Origin: Escherichia virus TH32
Direction: 5' to 3' (one strand)
Sequence record: MT446405.1
Length of the DNA stretch: 64,000 bases
Each line of letters begins with the position of its first letter. Positions within the stretch are counted from its first letter, which is position 1. Positions 1-10,330 of this stretch are shown here, piece after piece. The notes under the pieces are model-generated. The model was not told the DNA's origin and did no database searches. It saw only the letters and a program-made list of their open reading frames with translations. The translations under genes were made by a program, and so were the position numbers.

Positions 1-236
1 AGGCATATCTCATGAATGGTCTGGGTGGCACTTCTACCCTGACTGGCCCTTGCCCAAAGTTCAAAACGGCTATGTGACCAAATTCATTAAGTCGCGCGAC
101 TTCTGACACCAACATTCCTTCCCCACCAGTTTCTGAAGGGTATCTGGTAGAATCAAACCATCCTGCTTCAACAGTAAGACCCTTCATCGATTGAAGCGCC
201 TTTATCTGTTTTTCTATCATTTTTGATTTTGTCATA

Positions 237-818
237 TCACACCGGAATATCGCCTAAATCGTTATTAACAGCTCTTGCAACAGCAGGCGTGTCAATTGAA
301 ATTGCGTTTCTGTGAAGGATTACCAAATCAAAAGAAGGAAACGATTCAAACTGAGACATGTCGTCATAGAACTTTTCATTGTTGTTCATGTCGACTCTAT
401 ATACTGAAGCTTGATGCCTTTTAAACCAATCCCTCAAATTAGCCTTGTGGGTTATGAATCTTGCTAAATAAGTCAAAACGTCATTAGCCGTAGGCTTTTC
501 TGGATTGCCAGGAACTTCTGGAAATAAGCCGCTAATTTGAAAACGTGTTGCGTATATCTGATCTTCAATATCTTTAAATTTGCCATTAACGAATTGAGAT
601 TCATCATTGACAAATTCATTCTTTCTCATTGACCAACCGAATGGGACTGAGAATAAAAGGTTAAACCAAATCTGATCACCAGTCGGAATGCCCTGTTGAG
701 TCGGTTGGTATTTTTTCTGGACCGGAACAGCAGAAAGGTCTGCACGACTATACGCCGCCAGACCTTCTTCAATTCGCGTTGCCAGCATGTCAATCAGGTC
801 GACATCTGTCATATACAC
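237..818 (-). CDS. hypothetical virion protein (connector/neck region)
   Basis: Uncontested 193 aa ORF at distal end of minus-strand head module; no recognisable motif; position-based. Confidence 0.3.
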   Translation of the reverse strand: MYMTDVDLIDMLATRIEEGLAAYSRADLSAVPVQKKYQPTQQGIPTGDQIWFNLLFSVPFGWSMRKNEFVNDESQFVNGKFKDIEDQIYATRFQISGLFPEVPGNPEKPTANDVLTYLARFITHKANLRDWFKRHQASVYRVDMNNNEKFYDDMSQFESFPSFDLVILHRNAISIDTPAVARAVNNDLGDIPV

Positions 819-819
819 C

Positions 820-1206
820 TCAAGTAGACACTGGAAAGCTTTGTTTTACTTCCACGGCAAGGCAAGACGTCCAACCATCTTGGTCAAACCATGTCGTTTC
901 ATCTTCCATCTTGTACGTTTTGCCACCAAACACAAAATAGTCGCCGGAAGCGTCGCGGTCAAGGTCAACAATGTCTTTGTCCACCCAGATTTTGACATAG
1001 TTCTTTTGAAGCTCTAAACCAAGCTCAACGTATTGGTTTCGAAGTACAGCCTGCACCGAAGCAAGTAAGGTGATTGGTTCTTCATATGTAGTGACATAGT
1101 TGCGCATCTTATCAAGGGTGCGCCCCTTGTACATGTAATATTGAATCGGTTGGCGACCGATAACCTTTGTCGCAACTCGATATAAGTTTACGCCAGGAAT
1201 CCTCAC
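820..1206 (-). CDS. hypothetical head-tail connector protein
   Basis: 128 aa ORF, start overlaps stop of upstream gene (coupled); position in head module. Confidence 0.3.
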   Translation of the reverse strand: MRIPGVNLYRVATKVIGRQPIQYYMYKGRTLDKMRNYVTTYEEPITLLASVQAVLRNQYVELGLELQKNYVKIWVDKDIVDLDRDASGDYFVFGGKTYKMEDETTWFDQDGWTSCLAVEVKQSFPVST

Positions 1207-1667
1207 CAGAATACCCCACCAATTTTACGGAATCCTTCACGCTCTGGAAGGCCGCCGAATGACAAGCCGCCAACGGCCAGTGCTTGAAGAAGCGCCCACA
1301 GCGCCATGCCATATGGAGTGCTTGATAGCCAGTATTCCCAGCCATCACTCGCAGGCGGCGCGACTTTGTTCACTGTGATGTCACCAATTGTTGCTCCAGT
1401 CACGAAGCCGCCTTGTTCAACTCCGTCACCAGAAGACACAGACACTTGTTGGTCTGCGGCTATGCATAAAAGATGAGCCGTCATATATTCCAATGCCAGC
1501 TCCAATTTACTGCCATTTAAAACACGACAAGGACTGTCTTGTGATTCAATAAATTCACATGCCATGTCATAGAATACTTGAAGTGTTGTGTCAGGGAATT
1601 TAACCTGATCAGCAAACTGTGGAAATTTAATTCTGAACTTTTCGTAATCTAATGACATGGCATTCAC
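1203..1667 (-). CDS. hypothetical head-tail connector protein
   Basis: 154 aa ORF tightly packed after capsid-side genes; no motif. Confidence 0.3.
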   Translation of the reverse strand: MNAMSLDYEKFRIKFPQFADQVKFPDTTLQVFYDMACEFIESQDSPCRVLNGSKLELALEYMTAHLLCIAADQQVSVSSGDGVEQGGFVTGATIGDITVNKVAPPASDGWEYWLSSTPYGMALWALLQALAVGGLSFGGLPEREGFRKIGGVFW

Positions 1668-1672
1668 CTTAT

Positions 1673-2137
1673 TTAAACGCGGAACAAATCATCTTCTTGG
1701 TCGCCGCTCAATTTTACCTTGATGCGCTTGTCAGCAGTTTCGCGCGTCATAGGCGCAAACGGGTCGTCTGACATGCTGCGAACTTCTTTAGCGACGGCTT
1801 TGTGGTTGCCAACAATGTCGTGATTTACGACTTTCACCAAACCTTTTTCAAGATGCTGCTTAAACACGTGATGATCTTTCAGATGCTCAAAATCTGCATC
1901 GCTTACAACGGTGACGATTCCTTCAGGAGTCCACAAAGGTGCACCGTCAGCGCCTTTTGCCATTTCACCAAAGCCGGAAGTTGCTGAAGTAAGACCAGCG
2001 CCGCCCTTGATTAGAATCTGTTTGCGAATATTTGGAAGAGCGCCTGAACCAGCTTTTGCATTCGGGTTTTCTTTCACTTCCGTATAGAAAGTGTAGTTAA
2101 CTGACATAGACATAGTTGAAACGATGTATTTTGACAT
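1673..2137 (-). CDS. hypothetical virion protein
   Basis: 154 aa ORF immediately downstream of putative capsid gene; antisense ORF 1802..1987 judged spurious. Confidence 0.3.
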   Translation of the reverse strand: MSKYIVSTMSMSVNYTFYTEVKENPNAKAGSGALPNIRKQILIKGGAGLTSATSGFGEMAKGADGAPLWTPEGIVTVVSDADFEHLKDHHVFKQHLEKGLVKVVNHDIVGNHKAVAKEVRSMSDDPFAPMTRETADKRIKVKLSGDQEDDLFRV

Positions 2138-2252
2138 TTTGTAGTCCTATTTATATAAGCCTCAGATAAGCCCCTACAGCCCTTGAGGTCTATTGATATG
2201 GGGCGAAGCCTTTCGACCACGCCCCATGTGTTTTACTGTGTAATCACAGCAA

Positions 2253-3392
2253 TTAAATACCAGTCATACGGACGACTGCGAACGGACGCTTGAGCAGAAC
2301 GCCTGCTGTTGCGTTTGCGTAGTCTTCAACGTAGCTCTTAGCACGCTTTTCAACGCCCAGAGTCATGAACTTGGTTTGAACCAGCTGACTGAATACGGAA
2401 CCATCATCGCTTGAACCATCGATTGAGGAATCGATGTGATCGGCGTACAGGTATGCCACGTTCAAGAAAGTCGGGTCACTGCCAAGTGCGCCGTTGAGTT
2501 CCGGTGCAGATTTGATCTTCATCTTCGGATAAGTCTGGGTGATCCAGTCACGTACAGAAATACCGAAGTCAGTGGTGTTGGACAGCCAATCGATAGAGTT
2601 AGTCGGCAGCGCCAGAGTCATGTCAACTTTCTCTGGATCAATCTGGTCCTGAGAGTTCACACGAATTTGACGAACCATCAAACGGATGTCTGCAGTTACC
2701 TGTTGGAAAGTCGCAGTAGCCCAGCCGGAAGTGGTGTTGGAAGTCATCGCCGCTGGCAGGTTTGGATCATTCAGGAAGCCGAATGTGCGGTTGTTCCCGT
2801 TGTACCAGCCATAGAAGCCGATTGCGTTACGCATGATTTCCAGAGATACAGCAGCCTGCTGGCGCTTGGTTTCTGCGGAGTTCAGACGCATCGCAGACGC
2901 GCGGCCTTCTTCCAGCATACCAACTGCCATGCCCATTTCGCCACGAACGATAGAACGACGTTCAAAGTTTACGTTCCAGCTTGCCAGAGGAATAGAGGTG
3001 AAATCACCATATTCGACTGCGGTGCCAGCTGGTTCAACGATGCCCTGAACGATTTCTGCATCTTCCCACTGACCAACGGTATCAATACCAACCAGCTCGT
3101 CGATTTTACGAGCAGCGGTCATGATTTTGACGAAGCCAGGCAACCACTGCTGCAGGAACTGCAACGGGGTCGGGATTGACGGAGTGGTCTGCGGCGCAGT
3201 AAACGCGGCATCACCTACGCGGAAAGCGCCTGCACGGTTTAAGTGCTCAATCTGATCACGCACAATCGCGGAATCAAACACAATACCGATACGAGCAAGC
3301 TGGGAAACAGCCGCGTCGGTGACGGATTGCATATCAAAAGGTCGCACCTTGCTCGCTGGGAGGCGAGAGTGTGTTTGGCTAATGCGAGTCAT
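2253..3392 (-). CDS. major capsid protein (putative)
   Basis: 379 aa, size and position (terL-portal-morphogenesis-scaffold-X-capsid order); no motif verified. Confidence 0.5.
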   Translation of the reverse strand: MTRISQTHSRLPASKVRPFDMQSVTDAAVSQLARIGIVFDSAIVRDQIEHLNRAGAFRVGDAAFTAPQTTPSIPTPLQFLQQWLPGFVKIMTAARKIDELVGIDTVGQWEDAEIVQGIVEPAGTAVEYGDFTSIPLASWNVNFERRSIVRGEMGMAVGMLEEGRASAMRLNSAETKRQQAAVSLEIMRNAIGFYGWYNGNNRTFGFLNDPNLPAAMTSNTTSGWATATFQQVTADIRLMVRQIRVNSQDQIDPEKVDMTLALPTNSIDWLSNTTDFGISVRDWITQTYPKMKIKSAPELNGALGSDPTFLNVAYLYADHIDSSIDGSSDDGSVFSQLVQTKFMTLGVEKRAKSYVEDYANATAGVLLKRPFAVVRMTGI

Positions 3393-3406
3393 TATTCACC
3401 TGCCTA

Positions 3407-4024
3407 TTAACGAGTCAATTGTACAATGGTATAAGTGGAAGACTGGACGCTTGGGCCGGAAAGGGCAATAGCAGTCGGGTCAATCACGATACCGCCTGGA
3501 ATGGCAACCATGCCAGTTGGCAGTGAGCCAGTATAGGCGATAATTGCACCGATAGGCAAGTTGTTCGGGTTGTTACCGCTGGAAATGCCTTTAGGTACAT
3601 AAGCGAGCAGGTCGCCGTAGTTCAGCGTCTGCGGACTGGTGCTTGGGTTGAATACTTCAACTACGAGGCCCGTGCACATATCGTAGAACTCGCCTTCGCT
3701 ATATTGAGGCAGAACCATGCTGGCACCCAAAGGACCAGTAGAGTTGCCATACAGAGCGTAACGCTTGCTGTTGCCAAGGATGCCATAGTAATTGGTGCCG
3801 CCCAGTTCAACTTCAAAGTCCTGCGCGCCCAAGGTTTTGGTCTGGCCAGTACCCATTAATGACACATCAGCCTTAAAACCAAACACACGGCTGATGGCGT
3901 TTACGTTTGCACCGTCGTTGGCGCTAACGATTCGGCCTGGCTTCCCACGCTGTGGGCCGTCGCGAACGATGTCGCCAGGAAAGCCAGTTGTATATTGACG
4001 GCCTACACTAGTTTGGAAAGTCAT
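3407..4024 (-). CDS. Gly/Ser-rich capsid-associated protein (possible decoration protein)
   Basis: Start moved to Met at 4024 preceded by AAGGGGA RBS; lies between scaffold and capsid genes. Confidence 0.3.
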   Translation of the reverse strand: MTFQTSVGRQYTTGFPGDIVRDGPQRGKPGRIVSANDGANVNAISRVFGFKADVSLMGTGQTKTLGAQDFEVELGGTNYYGILGNSKRYALYGNSTGPLGASMVLPQYSEGEFYDMCTGLVVEVFNPSTSPQTLNYGDLLAYVPKGISSGNNPNNLPIGAIIAYTGSLPTGMVAIPGGIVIDPTAIALSGPSVQSSTYTIVQLTR

Positions 4025-4026
4025 GT

Positions 4027-5448
4027 TTATTCCCCTTTCAACCAAGCTTCAAATGCTTCGTCAGTTGCTGCAGAATCCGCAGCGGCCTTTTGTTTTGCGA
4101 CTACACGCTGTTTTTGACCGTGCTCAACGCCGCGCAGATAATTATCCACCACGTCAAACTCAGCCCCATCAACGCACTTCAAGCCTAACTTTTTAGCGCC
4201 ATATTTCGCTACGGACTTGGAGTCCATAGTTGCATGATCAAAGGCACCAACAACTTTAGACAGGCGCTGGTAGAGGCTATTCTTACGAGCAGAATCAGCG
4301 TAGAAAGCAGCAACTGCTGAATCAGATGCCATTGAGTGTTCCCCTTTTGCTGGACCTGGCGACGCTTTCGCCGCTTTTGTCGGTTTGTCATCTTTTTCGA
4401 CCGAAGCCCCCTTTACGTTGCTGTTTTGCAGGCCGCTAACCACATCTTCAGCTTTGTCGCAAGGTGATACATCTTCAGCCTTGACTTCAACTTCTTCTTC
4501 GTCTTTGACTTCGGCTTCAACTTCTTCTTCATCACCTACCGCGCCACCTTTCAGTTTTGCAATAAGTGCTTCGATTTGGCTGATCAATTGCGGAAGTTCG
4601 CCGCCAGCGTGAGATTCAGCTTCAACTTCAAACTTCTCTTCACCTTCTGGGGTTTCTTCTGCTTCTGCCTTGACTTCTGGATCAACCATTACTTCTTCAC
4701 GATTTTCGGTTGAGTCCTTCTCTTCTGCTTTCACTTCAACTTCATCCTGATGAGCAGCTTCAGTACTCTCTTCGTTCAGAAATTGTTCGAGCGCAGGAAT
4801 CAGTGATTTCAGCTGTTCAACAGCATTATCACGCGCTTTACCTTTTAACGGTTTTGGCATGTCTAAATCCTCGTTGGATGGTGTTACAGTCGTCAAACAA
4901 AGATGGTCAAAGCAACGACCATCCAGCACCCGTGCACCTGGTACTCGACCAACGTCCACGAGAGCAATGTGGTTGCCGCGAAGAGTTGTCTGCACCACTT
5001 CATACGGCTGCCCGTCAAACTCTCCAGACTGTATGATGAATTCACAGTCATAGCCCAAAGACAAGTCAACCTTTCCAGAATCAATGGCCTTCTTAAGACG
5101 ACGGCTGAACACTTTAAGGTCGCCGCGCATCCATGGCTTGTCATAATAAACATTGCCAGTCAGAACGCCATCAACTCCATACTCTTCGGGTGCTGTGTTA
5201 TCCTCATCACCTTCAAATCCAGAAAGCATTTCGTGATTGTCGATGAAAGGGATATTTTTGAATGAATCTATCGCTTCGGGGTCTTTCACCGCTGACTCAG
5301 GGCGATAGACTTTTACGATGCGATTCGGATCACCATCAAGACCAACTTGACCAGCAGAATAATCAAAAATGCCAAATGACGAAATTGGACAACCCATAAT
5401 CGTCAAGAATCCATTTTTGTCAATTTCGCGTGCCGTTTGCATTCGCAT
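4027..5448 (-). CDS. scaffolding protein (possibly fused to prohead protease-like N-domain)
   Basis: 473 aa with long acidic Glu/Val/Ala/Lys-rich central stretch (EEEVEAEVKDEEEVEVKAED...), GAGGGTGG RBS; position between portal and capsid genes. Confidence 0.45.
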   Translation of the reverse strand: MRMQTAREIDKNGFLTIMGCPISSFGIFDYSAGQVGLDGDPNRIVKVYRPESAVKDPEAIDSFKNIPFIDNHEMLSGFEGDEDNTAPEEYGVDGVLTGNVYYDKPWMRGDLKVFSRRLKKAIDSGKVDLSLGYDCEFIIQSGEFDGQPYEVVQTTLRGNHIALVDVGRVPGARVLDGRCFDHLCLTTVTPSNEDLDMPKPLKGKARDNAVEQLKSLIPALEQFLNEESTEAAHQDEVEVKAEEKDSTENREEVMVDPEVKAEAEETPEGEEKFEVEAESHAGGELPQLISQIEALIAKLKGGAVGDEEEVEAEVKDEEEVEVKAEDVSPCDKAEDVVSGLQNSNVKGASVEKDDKPTKAAKASPGPAKGEHSMASDSAVAAFYADSARKNSLYQRLSKVVGAFDHATMDSKSVAKYGAKKLGLKCVDGAEFDVVDNYLRGVEHGQKQRVVAKQKAAADSAATDEAFEAWLKGE

Positions 5449-5471
5449 CCACCCTCAAATAAGTATTGTGT

Positions 5472-5500
5472 ATTATATCTAATGAAAAAAACTTAGGCAA
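5472..5500 (-). promoter_or_regulatory. sigma70-like promoter for scaffold/capsid genes
   Basis: Minus strand TTGCCT-N17-TATAAT about 25 nt upstream of start at 5448. Confidence 0.4.
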
Positions 5501-5558
5501 ACAATAATTATGGTTTGAATATGTATAACAACCGATATAGCCGCGCCTTTATTAGTGT

Positions 5559-5830
5559 GATACGGATGATACGGATAAAATGAGGCGTATTTTTATCCGT
5601 ATCGGTGTATAAGCCGCGCTATCACTGGTGTGCTACGGATGATACGGATGATACGGATACTTTTCATATATAAGAGTTTATAAAAAAATAAAATTAAATT
5701 AGATATATAATTTTAAATTAATTTATTTGAATTCCTATATAGTACTGCGGCAACGCGTATCATCCGTATCATCCGTAAGATTCTTTTGAAAACAACAACT
5801 TACTTGATACGGATGATACGTCATTATACG
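5559..5830. repeat. iteron cluster flanking AT-rich core (copy 1)
   Basis: GATACGGATGATACGG-type repeats in both orientations at 5559-5577, 5634-5660, 5756-5779, 5806-5820 around a >85% AT core at 5660-5745. Confidence 0.7.
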
Positions 5831-6011
5831 TATAAAACTCGCAGCAATCCTTTGCCGATGAATTCAGTGAATATTAAATAGCACTCCTGCCACTAAAACG
5901 CCAATCAACATCGAGTCATAAACAGCCCATTTCCAAGAAAGCAAAGAGTTGCAATTAATATTTCGCACTTTAACATAACGTGACTGAATAATCTTTTGCA
6001 TAACTTCCTCT

Positions 6012-6932
6012 TTAGTTCAGCTTAATTGCGGTGATCTGTCCGTAAACGGTAGATGTCAACGCGTCGGTGCACTGATAGTTTAAATACACATTACCAGGCG
6101 CGGCAAGAGTAATTACTTTTGTTGGGATGTTGCCGCCGAAGCGACCTGCAGCCCGAATGCCAGCTGACATGGCAAATGCATCATCCGTAATATCTGAATT
6201 GCTTGTTGACAATTTGACTGTAATTCCGGTATTCGCTTGAACGCCTGCTGTCGCGACAGTCAACTGACTTGCTGTTACAAGCCATTTCCCTGCAGGAAGG
6301 TTTAAGGTTGCCAGATTGACCAAAGTTGTTGGAGGATTGCTGACGCTATTAGTGGCATTCTGGACGGTACTTGCTGCTGCATTAAGCACACCAGACCCAT
6401 CAATTGATAGAGTTGTACCGACCTTTACGCCGCCTAAAGTAGATGCTGAGGCAATCGGCAATGAGTATTGGGTGACGCTGATTGTACCATCACCTGCTAC
6501 GCTTATTCCGGTGCCTATTTTGACGCCACCAAGAACGGAAGCTGTTGCCGCTGGTAACGTGTATTGGTTGCCGCTGGTTTTCACAACTTTGACTGCGACA
6601 GCGTTTTTCGACCCTCCAGACTCCATACCTATGATCACTGCTTCACCAAAAGCAATGGTGATTGTTGATGCAGTCAAGCCAGTTTGAACGTCTGTGATGT
6701 TCATCTTAGGCACAGACAATGTCAGGTTAGGCTTGCTGGTCGAATCGCCATCATTGCCAATCATAAAGAATTGACCTACTGAGTTATACCCTGATGCAAG
6801 CGGCGGGCTCAGTGGAACAATCAAGTTTTTATCAGAAGTGAATTCTGAGACAATTGCCAAGCCATTAGCATACACCGCAGGCAAGACTGGAGTTTGTCCA
6901 GATAGAGGGAATGTGTTGATTGGTATCGTCAT
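6012..6932 (-). CDS. fibre-like repeat protein (head fibre/decoration or receptor-binding candidate)
   Basis: Internal duplicated motif ASVLGGVKIGTGISVAGDGTISV / ASTLGGVKVGTTLSIDGSGVLNA typical of phage fibre repeats; start set to Met at 6932 with GAGGT RBS. Confidence 0.4.
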   Translation of the reverse strand: MTIPINTFPLSGQTPVLPAVYANGLAIVSEFTSDKNLIVPLSPPLASGYNSVGQFFMIGNDGDSTSKPNLTLSVPKMNITDVQTGLTASTITIAFGEAVIIGMESGGSKNAVAVKVVKTSGNQYTLPAATASVLGGVKIGTGISVAGDGTISVTQYSLPIASASTLGGVKVGTTLSIDGSGVLNAAASTVQNATNSVSNPPTTLVNLATLNLPAGKWLVTASQLTVATAGVQANTGITVKLSTSNSDITDDAFAMSAGIRAAGRFGGNIPTKVITLAAPGNVYLNYQCTDALTSTVYGQITAIKLN

Positions 6933-6939
6933 AATGACC

Positions 6940-7791
6940 TCAGATAATTGGTATTTTTCTGCACTTGCAGTGTATTGCCCATCCAGGAGGACCGATGTCA
7001 CCCTTTTTGAACTTAAGTTCTCCACCTACTTCCCATAAGCGTTTGTCATCAAGCTTGAATCTCATGCCGTCGACGTGCTCATGTGATATTCGCGGCTCTT
7101 TGCCTGCTCCTGAATGCGCCCACTCAAATTCCTCAACGCCATTCTGTCGCATCCTTTCATCACTTAATACGCAATAAAGTTTGCTCGTTTGGTCTTTGGC
7201 GATAAGGTCTACGCGTTTTGCAGAGAATTGTTTTACATTCCTTAGTGCCGCCTGAATGCCGGATGTGCCTTGCTGCGCTGGGTCTGGCGAAGTCAGCGAA
7301 AGCATCACCGCTTCGTACACCCTGTTGTGAATATCCTCGCCAACCTTAGTCACTAGAGTCGTGTTGAACGTCTCGCTTGTTTTAAGAGTGTTCTCAACGA
7401 ATTTATTATATGTGGCTTTTGGCGCTTCTATTCCTGCAGATTTAAGACTTGCGAATGTAGCAGAAGTCGCACCCTTTTCAACTGACTTGATGAAATCTGC
7501 GGCAATCTTTGACCCAACACGGGCGAATGCTTTTGCCCATTTCAGTTGAAGGCGCTTCATCAAGGTCTGAAAAGTTGAATCAGCAGAGTCTTGCGCAAAG
7601 AACTTTTTCACCTGCTTCTTTTCAAGCCACTCAGCAATGCCTGCCTGATAGTCATCAATCATCGCATAGCAAAGACCTTTCATCTCACGACGATAGGCCA
7701 TCGCAATAGCGTTGGATGGGATTATCGGACTGCCGCGCCCGATTCTATCGGGTGAGCGGCGTTCGCGTTTTTTCGAAGCTTTAAAAGCCAT
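6940..7791 (-). CDS. head morphogenesis / minor head protein (putative)
   Basis: Basic N-terminus, position directly downstream of portal gene; start chosen at Met abutting portal stop. Confidence 0.35.
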   Translation of the reverse strand: MAFKASKKRERRSPDRIGRGSPIIPSNAIAMAYRREMKGLCYAMIDDYQAGIAEWLEKKQVKKFFAQDSADSTFQTLMKRLQLKWAKAFARVGSKIAADFIKSVEKGATSATFASLKSAGIEAPKATYNKFVENTLKTSETFNTTLVTKVGEDIHNRVYEAVMLSLTSPDPAQQGTSGIQAALRNVKQFSAKRVDLIAKDQTSKLYCVLSDERMRQNGVEEFEWAHSGAGKEPRISHEHVDGMRFKLDDKRLWEVGGELKFKKGDIGPPGWAIHCKCRKIPII

Positions 7792-7792
7792 A

Positions 7793-10168
7793 TCAACCTT
7801 GCTTCGGTGAATTAGTAGGATTATTGAGTGCTCCATATGCTTGAGAGCAATCACCCTTCAACCACTCCTTGAATGAGTTTACATCCAATTCGTGGATTGA
7901 GTCAAATCCATTCCAACCGTTACCAAATGATGCTTGATAAGCTTCTTTCGCTTCTTCTGCTGAATCAAATCCAAGCATACACTTGTGTTCATCAAATTCG
8001 CCAGAATAATTATCATTTTGGTTAACGATAAAGACTTTCGGCGACTTCATATTTGGACCAACAAAGCAGTCGACTTCATCGTCGTCTGCACCCTTGGTGC
8101 CTTTGATGAATCCGTAGTGGTGCGACATCTTCACTGCCCATTCACCGTCAAGGCTGTTCCCTCTACGGATGCTGTTGCGAGGATTCTCAATACCAAGAAT
8201 CATCCCGTGCAACTTCATCTTAGGTAATGATGCTGCGTCCATTTTACCAACGTTATGGCGTAAGTTTACGACGTTCCCTTTGACGCTTGGAAGGGTAGAC
8301 GGTTGCACCGACCGTGAATCTTTTTGAGGGTCAAAATCCACATCCTGCCCTTCTTTCAGGTAGTAATCAGCAATGCCCTCCAGACCTTCTTTCAACTGCG
8401 TTAGGACATCAACCTGATGGCTTGATTCATCATCGGTATCGTCCATGTTGATTTCGACAGGTGCTCTGTCAGGGTTTTCCGCCAACTCACCACGCGCGGC
8501 ACCTTCTGGCATAATACCTGTTTCGCTATAGAACTGGCCGCCCATCTTAACGACATCAGCTTTCGCCTGCTCAATATCGGCCTTACCTTGCAGGACTTCA
8601 CCAGCAGACTTGCCAAGCAATGCCATATTCTCTGGAGACATTCCTGGGGTTTCTTCTGCTGCGTCTTCCGGCAGACGGTTGTAGCCGCTGTTTTTGTCGT
8701 CTTTGATGCGGTCGCGCTCTTCATCAGGAGAAATGACGCCAGCATCAATAAGAGTTTTGCCAGTGTTAGCTCGCTTGTCGTTGATTTCTGCAAGTTGAGT
8801 AGCAGTAAGTGAGCCAACTGGTTCCCATGCAACCTTAACGTCGACTTCCACCCCTTCTGATTTGAGAAGGATTTTATAATGGCGGTCGAGAATTTTTGTC
8901 AGGTCATGCTGCTGGCACGTTTCCAACTCTTCGTGATAGCTGACCATCTCGAATTCACCAGTGGCGTTAAAGCCTTTTGGCGAAGTACCAAGCAGTTTGG
9001 TCGACGGAACTTTTGCGATTGCGGCCACCAGCTGGTACTGGTTCATGATGATGCTGTCGAAGTCTGACAAGTTAATGTCGAACTGGTCCATCTCTTCTTT
9101 TTGGCCAAGCACTTTGACTGCATAGTTGTCGCGATACTTGATCCACATCATCAGACGTTCGGCAAAAGACCGCTCATTGGCAATCGCCTTGTCAACGTCG
9201 GTCCGCAGCGTGGTTGTACGCTTGGACATCGCCAGCAATGGCGCTTCGTTAGCGGTGCGTTCAGCGGCATAGATGCGTTCATAAATCTGCTGAGTCAGAG
9301 GAATGCCGCCGTAAATATAAGTCGGCTTTAGAATATCAGCTGGCTCATCGTTGCGCAAGATGATTAGGTGGCTGCGATGATAACGCTGGCCGCTGATCAC
9401 CCAGTATTCTGGATCATAGAAGTGCTGTGATGCAGGGTCGGCGGTGTTTTCAGACGTCAAGAATGGCATCATCCAATAAGGGTCAACCTGAATAATTCCC
9501 TTATAAGACCCTTTTGTCACACCATCGATGTTAAAAGGTTTGCTATAATATTCTGGGTCATCGCTGCGCACGTCAAATATGATGACGCGAATGCCAAAAA
9601 TATTCTTGAATCGTTCGGCTTCAACTAAGTGCTCTTTGATATTAAATTCTTTATCAATTTGCTTTAGGCGTTCGCTGGCCTGTACTGACAATTCCGACTC
9701 AGAACTGGATTTGACTTCCCAGCCTTTACGGACCGCATCGCGGCCTACCATGGAACAAGCCTTGTTCACCAGCCAGTGCTGCGCGATGATGGCGCAAGCT
9801 TGATATCCGATAAATGATTGCGATAAGTACCAGTTTTGCAACTGAATAGGTACTGTGTATGGATTAACCTGCCCTTCTGAACTGATGTTCTTCAAGGCAT
9901 TGTCCATAACTTTTTTGGATACGGTTGCTGAATCTACTGAGCGACCTTTGATGATTGCAACACCGTCCCCGTTGATATCAGGCTCATATAAAGGAAAGTC
10001 ATCAACGGTTTTAAAGGTCGGGCGGTTGCTTTCGGTCTTATCCCAGCGTTGACCGCTGCCGCGCCTTTCCAGGCGTTCAAACGGTGCCAATGGGTCGCCT
10101 GGCGGCATCTCCGCTTGTTCGGCTTCTGGTTGCGTCTTCTCCCAGAGTTTTATGCCAAGAATTTTCAT
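7793..10168 (-). CDS. portal protein (putative)
   Basis: 791 aa ORF immediately downstream of terL block; start at Met 10168 with AGGTGG RBS; no motif verified. Confidence 0.5.
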   Translation of the reverse strand: MKILGIKLWEKTQPEAEQAEMPPGDPLAPFERLERRGSGQRWDKTESNRPTFKTVDDFPLYEPDINGDGVAIIKGRSVDSATVSKKVMDNALKNISSEGQVNPYTVPIQLQNWYLSQSFIGYQACAIIAQHWLVNKACSMVGRDAVRKGWEVKSSSESELSVQASERLKQIDKEFNIKEHLVEAERFKNIFGIRVIIFDVRSDDPEYYSKPFNIDGVTKGSYKGIIQVDPYWMMPFLTSENTADPASQHFYDPEYWVISGQRYHRSHLIILRNDEPADILKPTYIYGGIPLTQQIYERIYAAERTANEAPLLAMSKRTTTLRTDVDKAIANERSFAERLMMWIKYRDNYAVKVLGQKEEMDQFDINLSDFDSIIMNQYQLVAAIAKVPSTKLLGTSPKGFNATGEFEMVSYHEELETCQQHDLTKILDRHYKILLKSEGVEVDVKVAWEPVGSLTATQLAEINDKRANTGKTLIDAGVISPDEERDRIKDDKNSGYNRLPEDAAEETPGMSPENMALLGKSAGEVLQGKADIEQAKADVVKMGGQFYSETGIMPEGAARGELAENPDRAPVEINMDDTDDESSHQVDVLTQLKEGLEGIADYYLKEGQDVDFDPQKDSRSVQPSTLPSVKGNVVNLRHNVGKMDAASLPKMKLHGMILGIENPRNSIRRGNSLDGEWAVKMSHHYGFIKGTKGADDDEVDCFVGPNMKSPKVFIVNQNDNYSGEFDEHKCMLGFDSAEEAKEAYQASFGNGWNGFDSIHELDVNSFKEWLKGDCSQAYGALNNPTNSPKQG

Positions 10169-10274
10169 TGTTAACGCCACCTGACAGTGAAAGGGAATCA
10201 ATCTATATTATAAATATTCATGTGTTTGTAAGCAAATGATATGTATAGTAATCATAAATAGTTCATAAAATATT

Positions 10275-10302
10275 TTGCTTTTGTATCATTTTGAGTTATA
10301 TT
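10275..10302 (+). promoter_or_regulatory. sigma70-like promoter of moron cassette
   Basis: TTGCTT-N16-TATATT in AT-rich region upstream of 10331. Confidence 0.4.
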
Positions 10303-10330
10303 TTAGTTAACCAAACGAAAGGAGATTGAA

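Noticed and set aside
2436-3179. Plus-strand ORF (247 aa) inside the putative capsid gene
   Set aside because: Embedded antisense to a longer gene in a uniformly minus-strand operon; no RBS.
5559-5830. Possible CRISPR array suggested by repeated GATACGG-type units
   Set aside because: Repeats are short (7-16 nt), occur in both orientations, are irregularly spaced and lack unique spacers of uniform length; no cas genes present. Interpreted as iterons.
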